Below the pieces are notes generated by a model. That model was not told the origin of the DNA. It worked only from the letters and a program-made list of their open reading frames with translations, and did no database searches. 64,000 nucleotides of DNA, taken from Eledone cirrhosa (lineage: Eukaryota). Position 1 is the stretch's first letter, and the number at the start of each line of letters is the position of its first letter. Positions 1-64,000 of the stretch are shown here, piece after piece. The position numbers and the translations under genes are program-made. The stretch lies in the NCBI GenBank assembly GCA_964016885.1, contig OZ024756.1, positions 16,740,001 to 16,804,000 on the forward strand, written 5' to 3'.

Positions 1-287
1 GTTCTTATTAAGACTTTTTGCCCTTCTAGATGGGTTGGAAGACTATGTTTTGCTTGTATATTGCATCTTTGTAATGGTTTCTACAGCTGATTACCTTTTC
101 TAACAGCAATCACTTTATAGAATGAACTGGTCTGTTGGATTGTTGTTCAACAACTAAAAAGGTAATATCCTCAATGTGACTAAAAAGTCCTTTCTATGAT
201 ATATTGTCTCTATTTGATCGGGACTCCAACATTTGAGAAAAGTTGGCTTGTTACTTGCATGTCTAAAGACTCTTCTTTACTCTACAC

Positions 288-655
288 CAGTGGTTCCCTA
301 ATCATGCGGCAGAATGATTGAAAGACAATCAAAGATTTAGAAACAGTTTAAAATATACCAAAAATAAATATGATTTCAGGGAAAGGCTTCTATGTGTTGA
401 TGAGGAGATGAGAGTTTATCTCAAATTAGGCCTAATATAAAGGAGATTACTCGTAAAAAACAAGCTTGTGCCTGTCATTAAATTTGTGTACTTTAATCAT
501 ATTAAAAGTTATTTATGTCATATATTATATTTAACGTACTATTAGTCGTTGTTATTTATTTTTAAATGTACTTTTTATTACATAAATTTTGGTGAGACCG
601 TGTAAATTTTCATTCCGAAAATGCGGCTCAGAAAAAGAAAGTTTAGGAACCACTG
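288..655 (+). mobile_element. Non-autonomous hAT (Charlie/Buster-like) element
   Basis: TIRs CAGTGGTTCC...GGAACCACTG; 8-bp TSD CTCTACAC/GTCTACAC; frameshifted transposase C-terminal remnant (EEMRV...RPNIKEITRKKQA) at about 400-480. Confidence 0.75.
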
Positions 656-1199
656 GTCTACACAGGTTTTGTTCTTCTAAGGTGAATGTGTCCAAGAATG
701 TGAATAGAGGGAGAATAATAATCAAGAGTGTGAGAGGGGAGAGATAGTATAAAAGATAGGAGACGTAATGAAAGTGAGACAGTGATAGCTACACAGTGAT
801 TGTTGGTGGAAGATTGAGTAGAGAACAGCATGATGGGATAGCAATAAGATGTGTTATGGTAGAAGAGAGCATGAGAGATGGATCACAAGAGAGATGGATG
901 ATGATGATGATGAGAGTGGTAGATGTCAACTAAATTTCACATAAGAGTGAAAGAATGATAGTGGTACAACGTAAAATCATGGGGAAGATAGGCATCATGA
1001 TGGAAGAGAGATAGAGTGATAAAGGGTTGATGTGGTGTATCTATTTTTGTAATTTAACAGTCAGTGACACCCATGGATATTTCCCTGAGATTCATAGACA
1101 CGCAGACAGCTGTCTATTTTATGGAAAGGTCACAATCAAAGAAAAAGAAGGTTCTATATAGGTCACTCATAAGATGGACTCCCACTGAATATGCCAGAT

Positions 1200-1870
1200 C
1201 ACTAGATAGAATTTGAAATGGATGGCTTTAAGATGTTGGAATGTTGAAATGTACAGTGAGAGAGGATAACTGAGATGTGGTTGGGTCCTATTTTCAGAGA
1301 ATGTACCTCAGCTTGATTTAGAAAATGCAGCTTCTCAGACAAAGCATAAAAGCATAGTTGGCATTTATGCAATCCACTGCTGTCTGGAGGAACATGCTGA
1401 CAATGCTCCAGGTTATATATATATGGTTGTATGATGCCTGCTTGAGATGCGCAATGCTGTATCGTAGTGAGACATGGACAGCAACTGTGGAGGATATGTG
1501 AAGGCTGGAGAGAAATGAAGGAAGCATGTTCCGATGGATGTGCAATGTCAATGTACATGAACGGCCAAGCATAGATGAGTTGAGAGAAACTGTAGCGTGC
1601 AGAAGAGAAGATTGTGTTGGTATGGCCATGTGATGTGCATGGATGATGACCACTGGGTAAAGAAGTGCCAAGAAATCCCAGTGGAAGGAAGACACAGTAG
1701 AGGAAGACCACAAAAAACATGGGCAGAGGTGGTGAGAGCTGACCTCAGATCACTGAAGCTCACAGAGGAGATGATGAAGGACCATGAAAAATGGAGAGAT
1801 ACTGTTCTGAAGAGGACCCATCCCACCCTTGCAAGTACGGAAAAGCGGATGTAAAATGATGATGAAAATG
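1200..1870 (+). mobile_element. RTE-clade LINE 3' fragment
   Basis: Degenerate ORF2 end RRLCWYGHVMCMDDDHWVKKC...VEGRHSRGRPQKTW.EVV..DL; (TGA)n tail. 5' boundary approximate. Confidence 0.8.
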
Positions 1871-2160
1871 ATAATATATATGTGCATGTGTGTGTGTGCG
1901 TGTGTATCCCAACATATTAGTACAACATGCCATAGAACAAAATAAGAAGAAATTTAGTAAACACTGAGACAACAGAAACAGCACAAAAAAGAAATACACA
2001 AACCTCCCACATTTCATGTACTGCAAGAACTAAATGTTCTCTGATTCTAGACTGGATGAACACATTAAAAAACCCTCAAAACAACATGCAATCAATTCTA
2101 AAAACAAACGAGAAAATATATGACAAAAATACCAAAATAAAATATTCCTCATTACCATGC

Positions 2161-2670
2161 AACCAAAGACTGGTCAACTGCAGATGACCAGTGTAATATA
2201 ATACAACCAGGGACTGGTCAACTGCAGATGACCAGTGTGATATAATACAACCAGGGACTGGTCAACTGCAGATGACCAGTGTGATATAATACAACCAGGG
2301 ACTGGTCAACTGCAGATGACCAGTGTGATATAATACAACCAAAGACTGGTCAACTGCAGATGACCAGTGTGATATAATACAACCAAAGACTGGTCAACTG
2401 CAGATGACCAGTGTGATATAATACAACCAGGGACTGGTCAACTGCAGATGACCAGGCAAAGTTAACCTCGGCGGGATTGTGATATAATACAACCAGAGAC
2501 TGGTCAACTGCAGATGACCAATGTGATATAATACAACCAAAGACTGGTCAACTGCAGATGACCAATGTGATATAATGCAACCAGAAATTGGTCAACTGTA
2601 GATGACCAATGTGATATAATGAAACCACAGGTTGGTCAGCTGCAGAATGGACAGCAGATGACCAATGTCA
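2161..2670. repeat. 44-bp minisatellite, about 11 copies
   Basis: Unit aaccagggactggtcaactgcagatgaccagtgtgatataatac. Confidence 0.95.
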
Positions 2671-3249
2671 TATGTATAATTCAATGCGAAAATGAAAGTT
2701 GTGAACATCATTACCAAAATTGTTAGATTGGTCACACAAGCACAACACTTTCCCATTAGTTAATTATGCACTTACAAAAAGAGCCATTGGAATACATTTC
2801 CATACAGTACATGCAACAACATTAGATAGGACTACTTTAGTCAACAACACTACAATACTATATAGAATTTTACACAAAATATGGAGGCTGTACTAATATC
2901 AGAATATAAATCAATCACACAAATACAACATTGGTGAAACTAATTATAATAACGGCCATGTTTCAAATGTTGAGAAATCTTTAATCAGGCATCTATGATC
3001 GCCTTCCAATCCCACAATCCTTTATGACAACTGCTAAGTAACTGACCAAAACACCACTAGTATGATCTTTCTGATTCTGATGATGGAGCTGTGAAGGTCC
3101 AGAAACATTAATTGACATGTTAGGAATGTTATTGTTCCAAACTAAGCAAATACAAAATCTGCTTAATAGATGATCAAACTGGAGCACAGTTGTATTTTCA
3201 ATAGAGATAAAGATCCCCTTAGTCACGAATGACCATGAGCTTTGCACCT

Positions 3250-3546
3250 AGAAAGTTCCCCTCCAAGGCACAAAGTCTGGGCAAGGTCTTTTGTGGAAGA
3301 CCAGCAGTCACCCATGAATACTAGTCTCCCTTCTCCATTCCACCAATGTTGCGAAAGAGAAAGGCAAAGGTTGATACAGCTTGGCACCAGTGACATCACA
3401 ACTCATTTCTACAGCTGAGTAAACTGGAGTAGCGTGAAATAAAGTGTCTTGCTAAAAGACACAACACATCGCCCGGTCCAGGAATTAAACTCACAACCTG
3501 ATGATTGTAAGCCCAACACTCTAACCACTAATCCATGTGCCTTCAC
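3250..3546 (-). mobile_element. tRNA-derived SINE (family B head, different 3' part)
   Basis: Reverse complement matches the head/central part of 55222-55565. Confidence 0.7.
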
Positions 3547-3858
3547 AAATATATATGTATATGTCATTATCATCATCATCATCTAAAGTCTGTTTTTCCT
3601 GCATGCAAACATATATTATGAGGTTTTAAAGAAAGTGCCTTTCATTACATATTTAAAATATAATTTCAAGCAGAAAAAAAAAGAAAGAAAAAAAGAACCA
3701 CTTCTATAGAAAAACATGCCACAGACTGATAAAAGAACTACAACTAACTATGAACAATTTTCATCCCATAGAAACCATCTTAAAATGATGTGTCAATGCA
3801 TGCTTTTAATTAAGGTGAGAAAGGAGATAAAGAGAAAGATGTGAAGAAGAAGAAGCAC

Positions 3859-58481
<54,623 letters not shown>

Positions 58482-58969
58482 CTTAAATAAATCAAAACAC
58501 AAAACATGATTAAAAAGAAATTGAAATAGAAACATCAACAAATATTACAACAAAAAATCCTTGTCCTTTCTCTCCTTTTCCTCTCATAGTCCTTTCCAAT
58601 GCTACTTTCCTTTTCTATATGTTTAACTAAATATTAAATTCCTTATCATTTTTATGTAATTTTATCCTAGAAATATATTTGACTATTTTGAAATAAAATA
58701 AATATTTATAAAACAAAAATCTTTAACCTTAAAGTTTACAAGTAAACCTACATCTTAGATATCTAAGCTCTGAGTACAAATCCTGCCAAGGTGAACTTTG
58801 CCTTTCAGTTTTTTTTGGTCTGATAAAAGGAAGCACCAGTCCAAGGCAGTAGATTGGTAGAATTGTTAGAGTGTCAGTTGAGGTGCCTTGCAGTATTTGT
58901 TCTGGCTCTTTGTGTTTTGAGTTCAAATCATTGATGAAAAGCACAGTCTCATTGATTGACCTGTTCACA

Positions 58970-61900
58970 TTAACTGATTGTATTTGGTCCTAGTACCAGT
59001 ATCTGTTAATACTGACTGACTGTATTTAGTCCTAGCACTGGTGTCTGTTAATACTGACTGACTGTATTTAGTCCTAGCACTGGTATCTGTTGACACTGAC
59101 TGACTGTATTTAGTCCTAGCACTGGTATCTGTTAATACTGACTGACTGTATTTAGTCCTAGCACTGGTGTCTGTTAATACTGACTGACTGTATTTAGTCC
59201 TAGCACTGGTATCTATTGACACAGACTGACTGTATTTAGTCCTAGCACTGGTGTCTGTTAATACTGACTGACTGTATTTAGTCCTAGCACTGGTGTCTGT
59301 TAATACTGACTGACTGTATTTAGTCCTAGCACTGGTATCTGTTAATACTGACTGACTGTATTTAGTCCTAGCACTGGTGTCTGTTAATACTGACTGACTG
59401 TATTTAGTCCTAGCACTAGTATCTGTTAATACTGACTGACTGTATTTAGTCCTAGCACTGGTGTCTGTTAATACTGACTGACTGTATTTAGTCCTAGCAC
59501 TGGTATCTGTTGACACTGACTGACTATATTTAGTCTTAGCACTGGTATCTGTTGACACTGACTGACTGTATTTAGTCCTAGCACTGGTATCTGTTGACAC
59601 TGACTGACTGTATTTAGTCTTAGCACTGGTATCTGTTGACACTGCCTGACTGTATTTAGTCCTAGCACTGGTATCTGTTGACACTGACTGACTGTATTTA
59701 GTCTTAGCACTGGTATATGTTGACACTGACTGACTGTATTTAGTCCTAGCACTGGTATCTGTTGACACTGACTGACTGTATTTAGTCCTAGTACAGGTAT
59801 CTATTGACACTGACTGACTGTATTTAGTCCTAGCATTGGTATCTATTGACACTGACTGACTGTATTTAGTCCTAGCACTGGTATCTATTGACACTGACTG
59901 ACTGTATTTAGTCCTAGCACTAGTATTTGTTGACACTGACTGACTGTATTTAGTCCTAGCACTGGTATCTATTGACACTGACTGACTGTATTTAGTCCTA
60001 GCACTGGTATCTGTTGACACTGACTGACTGTATTTAGTCCTAGCACTAGTATCTGTTGACACCGACTGACTGTATTTAGTCCTAGCACTGGTATCTATTG
60101 ACACTGACTGACTGTATTTAGTCCTAGCACTGGTATCTGTTGACACTGACTGACTGTATTTAGTCCTAGCACTGGTATCTGTTGACACTGACTGACTGTA
60201 TTTAGTCCTAGCAGTGGTATCTGTTGACACCGACTGACTGTATTTAGTCCTAGCACTAGTATCTGTTGACACTGACTGACTGTATTTAGTCCTAGCACTG
60301 GTATCTGTTGACACTGACTGACTGTATTTAGTCCTAGCACTAGTATCTGTTGACACTGACTGACTGTATTTAGTCCTAGCACTGGTATCTATTGACACTG
60401 ACTGACTGTATTTAGTCCTAGCACTGGTATCTGTTGACACTGACTGACTGTATTTAGTCCTAGCACTGGCATCTGTTGACACTGTCTGACTGTATTTAGT
60501 CCTAGCACTGGTATCTATTGACACTGACTGACTGTATTTAGTCCTAGCACTGGCATCTGTTGACACTGTCTGACTGTATTTAGTCCTAGCACTGGTATCT
60601 ATTGACACTGACTGACTGTATTTAGTCCTAGCACTGGCATCTGTTGACACTGTCTGACTGTATTTAGTCCTAGCACTGGTATCTATTGACACTGACTGTA
60701 TTTAGTCCTAGCACTAGTATCTGTTGACACTGACTGACTGTATTTAGTCCTAGTACAGGTGTCTGTTGACATTGACTGACTGTATTTAGTCCTAGCACTG
60801 GTATCTATTGACACTGACTGACTGTATTTAGTCCTAGCACTGGTATCTGTTGACACTGACTGACTGTATTTAGTCCTAGTACTGGTGTCTGTTGACATTG
60901 ACTGACTGTATTTAGTCCTAGCACTGGTATCTATTGACACTGACTGACTGTATTTAGTCCTACCACTGGTATCTGTTGACACTGACTGACTGTATTTAGT
61001 CCTAGCACTGGTATCTGTTGACACTGACTGACTGTATTTAGTCCTAGCACTGGTATCTGTTGACACTGACTGACTGTATTTAGTCCCAGCACTGGTATCT
61101 GTTGACACTGACTGACTGTATTTAGTCCTAGCACTAGTATCTATTGACACTGACTGACTGTATTTAGTCCTAGCACTGGTATCTGTTGACACTGACTGAC
61201 TGTATTTAGTCCTAGCACTGGTATCTGTTGACACTGACTGACTGTATTTAGTCCTAGCACTGGTATCTGTTGACACTGACTGACTGTATTTAGTCCTAGC
61301 ACTGGTATCTGTTGACACTGACTGACTGTATTTAGTCCCAGCACTGGTGTCTATTGACACTGACTGACTGTATTTAGTCCTAGCAGTGGTATCTGTTGAC
61401 ACTGACTGACTGTATTTAGTCCCAGCACTGGTATCTGTTCACACTGACTGACTGTATTTAGTCCTAGCACTGGTATCTGTTGACACTGACTGACTGTATT
61501 TAGTCCTAGCAGTGGTATCTGTTGACACTGACTGACTGTATTTAGTCCTAGCAGTGGTATCTGTTGACACTGACTGACTGTATTTAGTCCTAGCAGTGGT
61601 ATCTGTTGACACTGACTGACTGTATTTAGTCCCAGCACTGGTGTCTATTGACACTGACTGACTGTATTTAGTCCTAGCAGTGGTATCTGTTGACACTGAC
61701 TGACTGTATTTAGTCCTAGCACTGGTGTCTGTTGACACTGACTGACTGTATTTAGTCCCAGCACTGGTGTCTATTGACACTGACTGACTGTATTTAGTCC
61801 TAGCACTGGTATCTATTGACACTGACTGACTGTATTTAGTCCCAGCACTAGTATCTGTTGACACTGACTGACTGTATTTAGTCCCAGCACTAGTATCTGT

Positions 61901-62468
61901 TGACACTGACTGACTGTATTTAGTCCTAGCACTAGTATCTGTTGACACTGACTGACTGTATTTAGTCCTAGTACTGGTGTCTGTTGACACTGACTGACTG
62001 TATTTAGTCCTAGCACTAGTATCTGTTGACACTGACTGACTGTATTTAGTCCCAGCACTAGTATCTGTTGACACTGACTGACTGTATTTAGTCCCAGCAC
62101 TAGTATCTGTTGACACTGACTGACTGTATTTAGTCCCAGCACTGGTATCTGTTGACACTGACTGACTGTATTTAGTCCCAGCACTGGTATCTGTTGACAC
62201 TGACTGACTGTATTTAGTCCTAGCACTGGTGTCTATTGACACTGACTGACTGTATTTAGTCCTAGCACTGGTATCTATTGACACTGACTGACTGTATTTA
62301 GTCCTAGCAGTGGTATCTGTTGACACTGACTGACTGTATTTAGTCCTAGCACTAGTATCTGTTGACACTGACTGACTGTATTTAGTCCTAGCACTGGTAT
62401 CTGTTGACACTGACTGACTGTATTTAGTCCCAGCACTAGTATCTGTTGACACTGACTGACTGTATTTG
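58970..62468. repeat. 42-bp minisatellite, about 83 copies
   Basis: Unit tgtatttagtcctagcactggtatctgttgacactgactgac. Confidence 0.98.
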
Positions 62469-63237
62469 TTTCTACCTGGTACCAGTAACTGTTCATCATG
62501 AGTTGTTCATAAGTAAATGAAATAACATTATTTTGTGTTATTCCGATTCAAACCTAAAATAATGATGTTAATATCAATATTTTTTAAATGTTCACCTCGG
62601 TTAGTCAGTTTCTGTATGATGGGAGAGATGTAAACCTCAAATTACTGAACAAAATTGTGAGGAGGTGAATTTACTTTTGAAAAGTTGCCTCTGAGTAAAT
62701 GGGATGAATAAGGTTGGGTAGCCCTGGTGTGTGTGGTGGGGGTGATGAGAGAGTATCTGTTTACTTGTTAAAGGATAGAATTTCACGAATGCCAGAAATA
62801 TGATAATAGCAAGCTGTGAGACAATTGAAAATGGAGAAGACATGTAGATGATGTAGAATGTATGTTGTCATAGTAGTAGTAGTAGTAGTTATAGTAGCAA
62901 CAATAGTATCAGCAGCAGTAGCAGTTAGTTAGACTGGACCTAAATGATTCAACTCTTAACGTCCTGTACCACCTAAAACAGCATTAGCAAGACATTCTTG
63001 CAAAGTACACAACAGCATTACAATTGCATTGCACTACAAATTAAAGTTATATTACAAATTTTCACAAGGAATTGTCCTCTAGTAAACATATTCTAGATAA
63101 ACATTTGAATTAACATTCACACACACAAACGTGTATACAAACATAAACAAAGAAACAAAAAATATTGTGGCTTGTGTTGGGGGTTGTTGGACTTTCGCCT
63201 TTCTTACAACATAGCTATGATGTTCCAGCAAAGCGAG

Positions 63238-63269
<32 letters not shown>

Positions 63270-63273
<4 letters not shown>

Positions 63274-63597
63274 TTAGAGCATTGGCCTTGCAATCGAAAG
63301 GTTGTGAGTTCAATTCTCAGACCGGGTGATGTGTTGTTTCCTTGAGCAAGACACTTTATTTCACATTGCTCCAGTTTACTCAGCTGTAGAAATGAGATGA
63401 TAGGGACTGGGTTCCCTATCATTCCACTGCAAAGTGGACGTGTAGGCGCCACGGCAAAAAAAGCACCCAGCACTCACTGTAAATGAGGTTGGTGTTAGGA
63501 AGGGCATCCAGCTGTAGAAATCAAGCCAGAATCAGTTCCCGTCCCACCCTTGCAAGCAGGGAAAAGCGGACGTAAAATGAAATGATGAATGATGATA
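63270..63597 (+). mobile_element. SINE family B copy
   Basis: Matches 55222-55565. Confidence 0.9.
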
Positions 63598-63609
63598 TAT
63601 GTGTGCTTT

Positions 63610-63862
63610 TTTTATTTTAGATACTTTTTGCAGTAAACATACTCTATATAAACCTTGTTTTTTTTTCCAGATATTTTCTGCAGTAAATATACTCTATATA
63701 AACAGAATTTACAAACTGTTTTTTCAGATATTTTCTGTAGTAAACATACTTTATATAAACAGTATTAACAAACCCTGTTTTTTTTAGATATTTTCTGTAG
63801 TACACATTACTCTATATAAACATTAGAATTAACAAACACTGTTTTTTTAAAACTATTTTCTG
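63610..63862. repeat. Degenerate tandem repeat of about 55 bp
   Basis: agatattttctgtagtaaacatactctatataaac units. Confidence 0.75.
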
Positions 63863-64000
63863 TGAGCATGTTGACTTGCTTCAAAGTGAGTAGTTAATCC
63901 CTATGGTGTGAGGTATGGGGCTAATTGTCACACTTGATGGTGAATTGACCCCCAACCCTAACATTTTTCGTTTTTTTCCTTTATCATTATTGTTCAATGA

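Noticed and set aside
58965-62499. 575, 239 and 337-aa repeat ORFs as a protein-coding gene
   Set aside because: Product of a 42-bp minisatellite with a frameshift; no supported splice connection to the gene

Overview
AT-rich, repeat-dense animal genomic DNA; the SINE families and (TA)n load suggest an octopus-like cephalopod (inference). One multi-exon gene runs on the minus strand across nearly the whole window. I could chain 13 phase-consistent GT-AG exons (58481 down to 3859, 1753 nt, about 584 codons, no stop codon; start and stop exons not found in the window) encoding an SMP-like region, a C2 domain and a Ser/basic tail, matching the C2CD2/C2CD2L (TMEM24) lipid-transfer family. The introns hold tRNA-derived SINEs, CR1-, RTE- and Tx1-like LINE fragments, hAT, piggyBac-like, Tc1 and mariner DNA elements, a Helitron, large (TA)n tracts and many minisatellites. 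The most notable signal is a dense set of short, non-coding, Penelope-like/retrozyme-type elements from several unrelated families, inserted at (TA)n and often as long inverted repeats. They carry type-I hammerhead ribozyme motifs (two canonical, one recurrent CAGAAGA core variant, several decayed) and share a downstream ACTC-N-TTGAGTRC hairpin. One is a 176-bp tandem, retrozyme-like unit. All folds were made by eye and all family assignments are from memory; nothing was computed or searched.
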